Assembly: GCF_009914755.1 (NCBI RefSeq)
Contig: NC_060946.1
Source: the human T2T-CHM13v2.0 reference genome, Homo sapiens
DNA length: 64,000 nt
Reading direction: 5' to 3' (one strand)
Part shown: positions 1 to 13,384 of the stretch, piece after piece
Layout: each line of letters starts with the position of its first letter
How positions within the stretch are numbered: position 1 is the first letter of the stretch
Notes under the pieces: model-generated
Database searches by the model: none
What the model saw: the letters and a program-made list of their open reading frames with translations, nothing else
What the model was told of the DNA's origin: nothing
Made by a program: the position numbers and the translations under genes

Positions 1-3000
1 TGGAATGGAATGGAGTGGAATCAACCCGAGTGGAATGGAGTGGAATGGACTGTAATGGCATGGAATGGAATGGAATTGGGTGGAATAAACACAAGTGGAA
101 TGGAATGGAATGGAATGGACTACAATCAACCAGAGTGCAATGGAATGGAATAGAATGGAATGGAATGGAATGGAATGAAATAAACACGAGTGGAATGGAA
201 TGGAATGGAATGGAAGGGAATGGAATGGAATCAACTCGAGTGGAAAGGAATGGAATGGAAAGGAATGGAATGGAATGGAAAGGAATGGAATGCAATGGAA
301 TGCAGTGTTATGGAATGGAATCAACCCGAGTGGAATGGAATGGAATGGAATGGAATGGAATGGAATGGAATGGAATGCAATGGACAGGAGTGGAATGGAA
401 TGTAATTCAATGGAATGGAATGGACAGGAATGGAATGGAATGGAATGGAATGGAATGGAATGGAGTGGAATGGACTAGAATGGAATGGAATGGAATGAAA
501 TCAACCCGATTGGAATGGAATGGAATGCAATGGAATGGAATGGAATCAACTGGAAAGGAATCAAATGGAACGGAATGGAATGGAATGGAATGGAATGGAA
601 TGGAATGGAATCAACCCTAGTGGAATGGAATGGAATGAAATCAAACTGAGTGGAATGGAAGGGAATGGAATGCAATGGAATGTAATGGAGTGGAAGGCAT
701 TTGAATCAACTGGAATGGAATGGAAAGGAATGGAATGGAATGGAATCAACCCCAGTGGAATGGAATGGAATGGAATGGATTATAATGGAATGGAATGGAA
801 TCAATCTGGGTGGAATGGAATGGAATGGAATGGAATGGAATGGAATGGACTGTAACGGCATGGAATGCAATGGAATGGAGTGGAATCAACCCGAGTGGAA
901 TGGAAAGGAATGGACTGCAACGGCATGGAACGGAATGGAATGGAGTGGAATCAAACCGAGAGGAATGGAATGGAATGGAATGGAATGGAATGGAATGGAA
1001 TAGAATGGAATCAATTCGAATGCAATGTAATGGTATAGAATGGAATGGAATGGAAAGAAATCAACCCGAATGGAATGGATTGGAATAGAGTGGAATGGAA
1101 TGGAATGGCATGGAATGCAATGAAATCAACTAGAATGGAATGGAATGGAATGGAATGAACAGGAATGGAATAGAATGGAATGGAATGGAATGGAATGGAA
1201 TGGAATGGAATGGAGTGGAATGGAATGGAATGGAATGAAATTAACCCGATTGGAATGGAATGGAATGCAATGGAATGGAATGGAATCAACTGGAAAGGAA
1301 TCAAATGGAACGGAATGGAATGGAATGAAATGGAATGGAATGGAATGGAATAGAACGGAACAGAAAAAACCTCTGTGGAATGGAATGGAATGGAATGGAT
1401 TATAATGGAATGGAATGGAATCAATCCAGGTGGAATGGAATGGAATGGAATGGAATGCAATGGAATGGACAGGAATGGAATGGAATGGAATTCAATGGAA
1501 TGGAATGGACAGGAATGCAATGGAATGTAATGGAATGGAATGGAATGGAGTGGAATGCACTAGAATGGAATGGAATGGAATGAAATCAACCCGATTGGAA
1601 TGGAATGGAATGCAATGGAATGGAATGGAATCAACTGGAAAGGAATCAAATGGAACGGAATGGAATAGAATGGAATGGATTGGAATGGAAAGGAATGGAT
1701 TCAACCCGAGTGGAATGGAATGGAATAGAACGGAATAAACACGAGTGGAATGGAATGGAATGGAATGGAATGGAATGGAATGGAATGGAATGGAATCAAC
1801 TCGAGTGGAATGAAATGTAATGTAATGGAATGGAATGGAATTGAATGGAATAAACACGAGTGGAATGGAATGGAATGGAATGGAATGGAATAGAATGGAG
1901 TCAATTCAAGTGCAATGGAATGGTATACAATGGAATCGAATGGAATGGAATCAACCAGAGTGGAATGGAATGGAAAGGAATGGAATGGAATGGAACGGAA
2001 CGGAATGGAATGGAATGGAATGGAATGTAACGGCATGGAATGGAATGGAATGGAATGGAATGGAATGGAATGGAATGGAATATAACGGCATGCAATGGAA
2101 TGGAATGGAGTGGATTCAACCCGAGTGGAATGGAGTGGATTGGACTGTAACGGCATGGAATGGAATGGAATGGAGTGGAATAAACACGAGTGGAATGGAA
2201 AGGAATGGAATGGACTGGAATCAACCCGAGTGCAATGGAATGGAATGGAATGGAATGGAATGGAGTGAAATAAACTCGAGTGGAATGGAATGGAATGGAA
2301 TAGAATGGAATGGAATGGAAAGGAATGGAAGAGAATGGAATGGAATCAACTCGAGTGGAAAGGAATGGAATGGAAAGGAATGGAATGGAATGGAAAGGAA
2401 TGGAATGCAATGGAATGCAGTGTTATGGAATGGAATCAACCCGAGTGGAATGGAATGGAATGGAATGGAATGGATTGGAATGGAATGGACAGGAATGGAA
2501 TGGAATGGAATGGAACGGAATGGACAGGAATGGAATGGAATGGAATGGAATGGAATGGAATGGAATGGAGTGGAATGGACTAGAATGGAATGGAATGGAA
2601 TGAAATCAACCCGATGGGAATGGAATGGAATGCAATGGAATGGAATGGAATCAACTGGAAAGGAATCAAATGGAACGGAATGGAATTGAATGGAATGGAT
2701 TGGAATGGAATGGAATGGAATCAAACCTAGTAGAATGGAATGGAAAGAATGGAATGTACAGGAATGGAATGGAATGGAATGGAATTTAATGGAATGGAAT
2801 GGAATGGAATGGAATTTAATAGAATGGAATGGAATGGAATGGAATGGAATGGAATGGAATGGAATGGAATCAACCCGATTGGAGTCAAATGAAATGGAAT
2901 GGAAATGAATGGAATAGAATGGAATGGAATGGAACGGAAAGGAATGGCATGAACCCGAGTGGAATGGAATGGAATGGAATGGAATGGAATCGAATGGAAT

Positions 3001-3985
3001 CGAATCGAAAGGCACGGAATGGAATGGAATGAAATGGAATGGAATGGAATGGAATGGAATAAACCCGAGTGGAATGGAATGGAATGGAATCAAACTGAGT
3101 GGAATGGAATGGAATGGAATGCAATGGAATGTAATGGAGTGGAAGGCATTAGAATCAACTGGAATGGAATGGAGTGGAATGGAATGGAATCAACGCCAGT
3201 GGAATGGAATGGAATGGAATGGATAATAATGGAATGGAATGGAATCAATCCGGGTGGAATGGAATGGAATGGAATGCAATGGAATGGAATGGAATCAACT
3301 CGAGTGGAATGAAATGTAACGTAATGTAATGGAATGGAATGGAATGGAATGGAATAGAATGGAATCAATTCGAGTGTAATATAACGGTATAGAATGGAAT
3401 GGAATGGAATGGAATGGAATCAACTAGAGTGGAAACGAATGGAAAGGAATGGAATGGAATGGAATGGAGTGTAATGGAATGGAATGGAATGGAATGGAAT
3501 GGAATGGAATGGCATGGAATGGAATGGAATGGAGTGGAATCAACCAGAGTGGAATGGAGTGCAATGGACTGTAACGGCATGGAATGGAATGGAATGGAGT
3601 GGAATAAACACGAGTGGAATGGAATGGAATGGAATGGACTGGAATGGAATGGAATGGAATCAACCCGAGTGAAATGGAATGGAATAGAATGGAATGAAAT
3701 AAACACGAGTGGAAAGGAATGGAATGGAATGGAATGGAATGGACGAGAATGGAATGGAATCAACTCGAGTGGAAAGGAATGGAATGGAAAGGAATGGAAT
3801 GGAATGGAAAGGAATGGAATGCAATGGAATGCAATGTTATGGAATGGAATCAACCCGAGTTGAATGGAATGTAATGGAATGGAATGCAATGGAATGGAAT
3901 GGAATCAACTCGAGTGGAATGAAATGTAATGGAATGGAATGGAATGGAATGGAATGGAATGGAATGGAATGGAATAGAATGGAAT

Positions 3986-6900
3986 CATTTCGAATGCAAT
4001 GTAATGGTATAGAATGGAATGGAATGGAATGGAATCAATCAGAGTGGAATTGAATGGAAAGGAATGGAAAGGAATGGAATGGAATGGAATGTAACGGCAT
4101 GGAATGGAATGGAATGGAGTGGAATCAACCCGAGTGGAATGGAGTGGAATGGACTGTAATGGAATGGAATGGAATGGAGTGGAATAAACACAAGTGGAAA
4201 GGAATGGAATGGAATCAAACTGAGTGGAATGGAATGGAATGGAAAGCAATGGAATGTAATGCAGTGGAAGGCATTAGAATCAACTGGAATGGAATGGAGT
4301 GGAATGAAATGGAATCAACGCCAGTGGAATGGATTGGAATGGAATGGATAATAATGGAATGGAAGGGAATCAATCCGGGTGGAATGGAATGGAAAGGAAT
4401 GCAATGGAATGAAATGGAATCAACTCGAGTGGAATGAAATGTAACGTAATGGAATGGAATGTAATGGAATGGAATGGAATAGAATGGAATCAATTCGAGT
4501 GCAATATAATGGTATAGAATGGAATGGAATGGAATGGAATGGAATGGAATCAACCAGAGTGGAATGGAATGGAAAGGAATGGAATGGAATGGAATGGAAT
4601 GGAATGGAATGGAATGGAATGGAATGGCACGGCATGGAATGGAATGGAATGGAGTGGAATCAACCCGAGTGGAATGGAGTGGAATGGACTGTAATGGCAT
4701 GGAATGGAATGGCATGGAATGGAGTGGAATAAACACAAGTGGAATGGAATGGAATGGAATGGACTGGAATCAACCAGAGTGCAATGGAATGGAATAGAAT
4801 GGAATGGAATGGAATGGAATGAAATAAACACGAGCGGAATGGAATGGAATGGAATGGAAAGGAATGGAGTGGAATGGACTAGAATGGAATGGAATGGAAT
4901 GAAATCAACCCGATTGGATTGGAATGTATTGCAATGGAATGGAATGGAATCAACTGGAAAGGAATCAAATGGAACGGAATGGAATGGAATGGAATGGAAT
5001 GGAATGGAATGGAACGGAATGGAATCAACCTCTGTGGAATGGAATGGAATGGAATGGATTATAATGGAATGGAATGGAATCAATCCGGGTGGAATGGAAT
5101 GGAATGGAATGGAATGCAATGGAATGGACGGGAATGGAATGGAATGGAATTCAATGGAATGGAATGGACAGGAATGCAATGGAATGGAATGGAATGGAAT
5201 GGAATGGAGTGGAATGCACTAGAATGGAATGGAATGGAATGAAATCAACCCGATTGGAATGGAATGGAATGCAATGGAATGGAATGGAATCAACTGGAAA
5301 GGAATCAAATGGAACGGAATGGAATAGAATGGAATGGATTGGAATGGAAAGGAATGGATTCAACCCGAGTGGAATGGAATGGAATAGAAAGGAATAAACA
5401 CGAGTGGAATGGAATGGAATGGAATGGAATGGAATGGAATGGAATGGAATCAACTCGAGTGGAATGAAATGTAATGTAATGGAATGGAATGGAATTGAAT
5501 GGAATAAACACGAGTGGAATGGAATGGAATGGAATGGAATGGAATAGAATGGAGTCAATTCAAGTGCAATGGAATGGTATACAATGGAATCGAATGGAAT
5601 GGAATCAACCAGAGTGGAATGGAATGGAAAGGAATGGAATGGAATGGAACGGAACGGAATGGAATGGAATGGAATGGAATGGAACGGCATGGAATGGAGT
5701 CAACCAGAGTGGAATGGAATGGAAAGGAATGGAATGGAATGGAACGGAACGGAATGGAATGGAATGGAATGGAATGTAACGGCATGGAATGGAATGGAAT
5801 GGAATGGAATGGAATGGAATGGAATGGAATGGAATATAACGGCATGCAATGGAATGGAATGGAGTGGATTCAACCCGAGTGGAATGGAGTGGATTGGACT
5901 GTAACGGCATGGAATGGAATGGAATGGAGTGGAATAAACACGAGTGGAATGGAATGGAATGGAATGGACGGGAATGAACCCGAGTGCAATGGAATGGAAT
6001 GGAATGGAATGGAATGGAGTGAAATAAACTCGAGTGGAATGGAATGGAATGGAATAGAATGGAATGGAATGGAAAGGAATGGAAGAGAATGGAATGGAAT
6101 CAACTCGAGTGGAAAGGAATGGAATGGAAAGGAATGGAATGGAATGGAAAGGAATGGAATGCAATGGAATGCAGTGTTATGGAATGGAATCAACCCGAGT
6201 GGAATGGAATGGAATGGAAAGGAATGGAATGCAATGGAATGCAATCTTAGGGAATGGAATCAACCCGAGTGGAATGGAATGGAATGGAATGGAATGCAAT
6301 GGAATGGAATGGAATAGAATGGAATCAATTCCAATGCAATGTAATGGTATAGAATGGAATGGAATGGAATGGAATGGAATCAACCAGAGTGGAATGGAAT
6401 GGAAAGGAATGGAATGGAATGGAATGGAATGGAATGGAATGGAATGGAATGGAATGGAATGGAATGTAACAGCATGGAATGGAGTGGAATCAACCTCAGT
6501 GGAATGGAATGGAATGGACTGTAATGGTCTGGAATGGAATGGAATGGAATGGAGTGGAATAAACACAAGTGGAATGGAATGGAATGGAATGGACTGGAAT
6601 CAACCAGAGTGCAATGGAATGGAATAGAATGGAATGGAATGGAATGGAATGAAAAAAACACGAGTGGAATGGAATGGAATGGAATGGAATTCAATGGAAT
6701 GGAATGGACAGGAATGGAATGGAATGGAAAGGAATGGAGTGGAATGGACTAGAATGGAATGGAATGGAATGAAATCAACCCGATTGGAATGGAATGGAAT
6801 GCAATGGAATGGAATGGAATCAACTGGAAAGGAATCAAATGGAACGGAATGGAATAGAATGGAATGGATTGGAATGGAATGGAATGGATTCAACCCGAGT

Positions 6901-9900
6901 GGAATGGAATGGAATAGAATGGAATAAACACGAGTGGAATGGAATGGAATGGAATGGAATGGAATGGAATGGAATCAACTCGAGTGGAATGAAATGTAAT
7001 GTAATGGAATGGAATGGAATTGAATGGAATAAACACGAGTGGAATGGAATGGAATGGAATGGAATGGAATGGAATGGAATAGAATGGAGTCAATTCAAGT
7101 GCAATGGAATGGTATAAAATGGAATCGAATGGAATGGAATCAACCAGATTGGAATGGAATGGAAAGTTATAGAATGGAATGGAATGGAATGGAATGGAAC
7201 GGAATGGAATGCAATGGAATGGAATGTAACGGCATGGAATGGAATGGAATGGAATGGAATGGAATGGAATGGAATGGAATGGCATGCAATGGAATGGAAT
7301 GGAGTGGAATAAACACGAGTGGAATGGAATGGAATGGAATGGACTGGAATGGAAAGGAATGGAAGAGAATGGAATGGAATCAACACGAGTGGAAAGGAAT
7401 GGAATGGAAAGGAATAGAATGGAAAGGAATGGAATGGAATGGAAAGCAATGTAATGCAATGGAATGCAGTGTTATGGAATGGAATCAACCCGAGTGGAAT
7501 GGAATGGAATGGAATGGAATGGAGTGGAATGGAATGGAATGGAATGCAATGGAATGGACAGGAATGGAATGGAATGCAATGGAATGGAATTGAGTGCAAT
7601 GGACTAGAATGGAATGGAATGGAATGAAATCAACCCTATTGGAATGGAATGGAATGCAATGGAATGGAATGGAATCAACTGGTAAGGAAAGAAATGGAAC
7701 TGAATGGAATAGAATGGAATGGATTTTAATGGAATGGAATGGAATCAAACCTAGTAGAATGGAATGGAAAGAATGGAATGAACAGGAATGGAATGGAATG
7801 GAATGGAATTTAATGGAATGGAATGGAATTTAATAGAATGGAATGGAATGGAATGGAATGGAATGGAATGGAATGGAATGGAATCAACCCGAGTGGAGTG
7901 GAATGGAATGGAATGGAAATGAATGGAATAGAATGGAATAGAATGGAACGGAAAGGAATGGAATGAACCCGAGTGGAATGGAATGGAATGGAATGGAATG
8001 GAAAGGCACGGAATGGAATGGAATGGAATGGAATGGAATGGAATGGAATGGAATGGAATGGAATCAACCCGAGTGGAATGGAATGGAATGGAATCAAACT
8101 GAGTGGAATGGAATGGAATGGAATGCAATGGAATGTAATGCAGTGGAAGGCATTAGAATCAACTGGAATGGAATGCAGTGGAATGGAATGGAATCAACGC
8201 CAGTGGAATGGAATGGAATGGAAGGGATAAAAATAAAATGGAATGGAATAAATCCGGCTGGAATGGAATGGAATGGAATGCAATGGAATGAAATGGAATC
8301 AACTCGAGTGGAATGAAATGTAACGTAATGTAATGGAATGGAATAGAATGGAATGGAATAGAATGGAATCAATTCGAGTGCAATATAATGGTATAGAATG
8401 GAATGGAATAGAATGGAATGGAATGGAATGGAATCAACCAGAGTGGAATGGAATGGAATGGAATGGAATGGAATGGAATGGACTGTAACGGCATGGAATG
8501 CAATGGAATGGAGTGGAATCAACCCGAGTGGAATGGAATGGAATGGACTGTAACGGCATGGAACGGAATGGAATGGAGTGGAATCAAACCGAGAGGAATG
8601 GAATGGAATGGAATGGAATGGAATGGAATGGAATAGAATGGAATCAATTCGAATGCAATGTAATGGTATAGAATGGAATGGAATGGAATGGAATCAACCA
8701 GAGTGGAATGGAATGGAATGGAATGGAATGGAATGGAATAGAATGTAATGGAATGGAACGGAATGGAACGGAATGGAATGGAATGGAATGGAATGGAATG
8801 GCACGGCATGGAATGGAATGGAATGGAGTGGAATCAACCCGAGTGGAATGGAGTGGAATGGACTGTAATGGCATGGAATGGAATGGAATTGGGTGGAATA
8901 AACACAAGTGGAATGGAATGGAATGGAATGGACTACAATCAACCAGAGTGCAATGGAATGGAATAGAATGGAATGGAATGGAATGGAATGAAATAAACAC
9001 GAGTGGAATGGAATGGAATGGAATGGAAGGGAATGGAATGGAATCAACTCGAGTGGAAAGGAATGGAATGGAAAGGAATGGAATGGAATGGAAAGGAATG
9101 GAATGCAATGGAATGCAGTGTTATGGAATGGAATCAACCCGAGTGGAATGGAATGGAATGGAATGGAATGGAATGGAATGGAATGGAATGGACAGGAGTG
9201 GAATGGAATGTAATTCAATGGAATGGAATGGACAGGAATGGAATGGAATGGAATGGAATGGAATGGAGTGGAATGGACTAGAATGGAATGGAATGGAATG
9301 AAATCAACCCGATTGGAATGGAATGGAATGCAATGGAATGGAATGGAATCAACTGGAAAGGAATCAAATGGAACGGAATGGAATGGAATGGAATGGAATG
9401 GAATGGAATGGAATGGAATCAACCCTAGTGGAATGGAATGGAATGAAATCAAACTGAGTGGAATGGAAGGGAATGGAATGCAATGGAATGTAATGGAGTG
9501 GAAGGCATTTGAATCAACTGGAATGGAATGGAAAGGAACGGAATGGAATGGAATCAACCCCAGTGGAATGGAATGGAATGGAATGGATTATAATGGAATG
9601 GAATGGAATCAATCTGGGTGGAATGGAATGGAATGGAATGGAATGGATTATAATGGAATGGAATGGAATCAATTCGGGTGGAGTGGAATTGAATGGAATG
9701 GAATGGAATGGAATGGAATGGAATGGATTGGAATTCAATGTAATGGAAACAACCCGAGTGGAATGTAATGGAATGGAAAGGACTGGAATGTAATGGAATG
9801 GATTGGAATCAACCCGATTCCAATGCAAAGGAATGGAATGGAATGGAATGGAAGGGAATGGAATGGAATGGAAAGGAATGGAATGAACTGTAATGGAATG

Positions 9901-11720
9901 GAATGGAATGGAATTTAATGGAATGGAATGGAATCAACCCGAGTGGAGTGGAATGGAATGGAATGGAAATGAATGGAATAGAATGGAATGGAATGGAACG
10001 GAACGGAATGGAAAGAACCCGAGTGGAATGGATTGTAATGGAAATGAATGGAATAGAAGGGAATGGAATGGAATGGAACGGAATGGAACGAACCCGAGTG
10101 GAATGGATTGGAATGGAATGGAATGGAAAGGAACGGAATGGAATGGATTGGAATGGAATCAACCCGAGTGGAATGGAATGGAATGGAATCAAACTGAGTG
10201 GAATGGAAGGGAATGGAATGCAATGGAATGTAATGGAGTGGAAGGCATTTGAATCAACTGGAATGGAATGGAATGGAATGGAATGGAATGGAATGGAATG
10301 GAATCAACCCCAGTGGAATGGATTGGATGGGAATGGATTATAATGGAATGGAATGGAATCAATCCGAGTGGAATGGAATGGAATGGAATGGATTATACTT
10401 GAATGGAATGGAATCAATCCTTGTGGAATGGAGTGGAATGGAATGGAATAGAATGGAATGGAATTCAATGTAATGGAAACAAACCGAGTGGAATGTAATG
10501 GAATGGAAAGGACTGGAATCTAATGGAATGTATTGGAATCAACCTGATTCCAATGCAACGGAATGGAATGGAATGGAATGGAATGGAAGGGAATGGAATG
10601 GAATGGAAAAGAATGGAATAAACTGGAATTGAATGGAATGGAATGGAATTTAATGGAATGGAATGGAATGGAATGGAATCAACCCGAGTGGAGTGGAAAG
10701 GAATGCAATGGAAATGAATGGAATGGAATGGAATGGAATGGAATGGAATGGAATGGAATGGAATGGAATCAACCCGAGTGGAGTGGAATGGAATGCAATG
10801 GAAATGAATGGAATAGAATGGAATGGAATGCAACGGAACGGAATGGAATGAACCCGAGTGGAATGGAATGGAATAGAATGGAATGGAAAGGCACGAAATG
10901 GAATGGAATGGAATGGAATGGAATGGAATGGAATGGAGTGGAAGGCATTAGAATCACCTGGAATGGAATGGAATGGAATGGAATGGAATGGAATGGAATG
11001 GAATGGAATCAACCCGAGTGGAATGGAATGGAATGGAATCAAACTGAGTGGAAAGGAATGGAATGGAATGGAATGGAATGGAATGGAATGCAATGGAATG
11101 GAATGGAATCAACCACAGTGGAATGGAATGGAATGGAATGGATTATAACAGAATGGAATGGAATCAATCCGGGTGGAATGGAATGGAATGGAATGGAATG
11201 GAATGGAATGGAATGGAATCAACTCGAGTGGAATGAAATGTAACGTGATGGAATGGAATGGAATGGAATGGAATGGAATACAATGGAATCAATTCGAGTG
11301 CCATGTAATGGTATAGAATGGAATGGAATGGAATGGAATGAAATGGAATGGAATGGAATGGAATGGAATCATCCAGAGTGGAATGGAATGGAATGGAATG
11401 GAATGGAATGGAATGGAATGGAATATATTGGAATGGAATGGAATGGAATGGAATGGAATATATTGGAATGGAATGCAACGGAATCAACTGAAATGGAATG
11501 GAATGGAATGGAATGGAATGGATTATAATGGAATGGAATGGAATCAATCCGGGTGGAATGGAATGGAATGGAATGGAATGGAATGGAATGGAATGGAATT
11601 CAATGTAATGGAAACAAACCGAGAGGAATGCAATGGAATGGAAAGGACTGGAATGTAATGGAATGCATTGGAATCAAACCGATTCCAATGCAACGGAATG
11701 GAATGGAATGGAATGGAAAG
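3986..11720 (+). repeat. More diverged, simpler copy of the HOR (lacks the 0.41, 1.2 and 0.32 kb internal duplications)
   Basis: Same landmark order as 24106-33560: CATTTCGAAT 3986, CGAGC 4831, GAAAAAAACA 6651, GGAAAGTTAT 7161, CAAACCTAGTAG 7746, boundary landmark 9810, CAATCCTTGT 10415. It carries private substitutions such as GCAATCTTAG 6241 and GGATTATACT ~10390. Confidence 0.8.
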
Positions 11721-13384
11721 AAATCAACCCGAATGGAATGGATTGGAATAGAGTGGAATGGAATGGAATGGCATGGAATGCAATGAAATCAACTAGAATG
11801 GAATGGAATGGAATGGAATGAACAGGACTGGAATGGAATGGAATGGAATGGAATGGAATGGAATGGAATGGAGTGGAATGGAATGGAATGGAATGAAATC
11901 AACCCGATTGGAATGGAATGGAATGCAATGGAATGGAATGGAATCAACTGGAAAGGAATGAAATGGAACGGAATGGAATGGAATGGAATGGAATGGAATG
12001 GAATGGAACGGAACGGAAAAAACCTCTGTGGAATGGAATGGAATGGAATGGATTATAATGGAATGGAATGGAATCAATCCAGGTGGAATGGAATGGAATG
12101 GAATGGAATGCAATGGAATGGACAGGAATGGAATGGAATGGAATTCAATGGAATGGAATGGACAGGAATGCAATGGTATGTAATGGAATGGAATGGAATG
12201 GAGTGGAATGCACTAGAATGGAATGGAATGGAATGAAATCAACCCGATTGGAATGGAATGGAATGCAATGGAATGGAATGGAATCAACTGGAAAGGAATC
12301 AAATGGAACGGAATGGAATAGAATGGAATGGATTGGAATGGAAAGGAATGGATTCAACCCGAGTGGAATGGAATGGAATAGAACGGAATAAACACGAGTG
12401 GAATGGAATGGAATGGAATGGAATGGAATGGAATGGAATGGAATGGAATGGAATCAACTCGAGTGGAATGAAATGTAATGTAATGGAATGGAATGGAATT
12501 GAATGGAATAAACACGAGTGGAATGGAATGGAATGGAATCAACCAGAGTGGAATGGAATGGAATGGAGTCAATTCAAGTGCAATGGAATGGTATACAATG
12601 GAATCGAATGGAATGGAATCAACCAGAGTGGAATGGAATGGAAAGGAATGGAATGGAATGGAACGGAACGGAATGGAATGGAATGGAATGGAATGGAACG
12701 GCATGGAATGGAATGGAATGGAATGGAATGGAATGGAATATAACGGCATGCAATGGAATGGAATGGAGTGGATTCAACCCGAGTGGAATGGAGTGGATTG
12801 GACTGTAACGGCATGGAATGGAATGGAATGGAGTGGAATAAACACGAGTGGAATGGAAAGGAATGGAATGGACTGGAATCAACCCGAGTGCAATGGAATG
12901 GAATGGAATGGAATGGAATGGAGTGAAATAAACTCGAGTGGAATGGAATGGAATGGAATAGAATGGAATGGAATGGAAAGGAATGGAAGAGAATGGAATG
13001 GAATCAACTCGAGTGGAAAGGAATGGAATGGAAAGGAATGGAATGGAATGGAAAGGAATGGAATGCAATGGAATGCAGTGTTATGGAATGGAATCAACCC
13101 GAGTGGAATGGAATGGAATGGAATGGAATGGATTGGAATGGAATGGACAGGAATGGAATGGAATGGAATGGAACGGAATGGACAGGAATGGAATGGAATG
13201 GAATGGAATGGAATGGAATGGAATGGAATGGAGTGGAATGGACTAGAATGGAATGGAATGGAATGAAAACAACCCGATGGGAATGGAATGGAATGCAATG
13301 GAATGGAATGGAATCAACTGGAAAGGAATCAAATGGAACGGAATGGAATTGAATGGAATGGATTGGAATGGAATGGAATGGAAT

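Noticed and set aside
6651-6665. A-rich stretch GAAAAAAACACGAGT (also ~27046, 43460, 53929, 55834) as a retro-insertion poly(A) remnant
   Set aside because: It is a single T>A substitution of GAAAT-AAACACGAGT, stays in register and has no target-site duplication.
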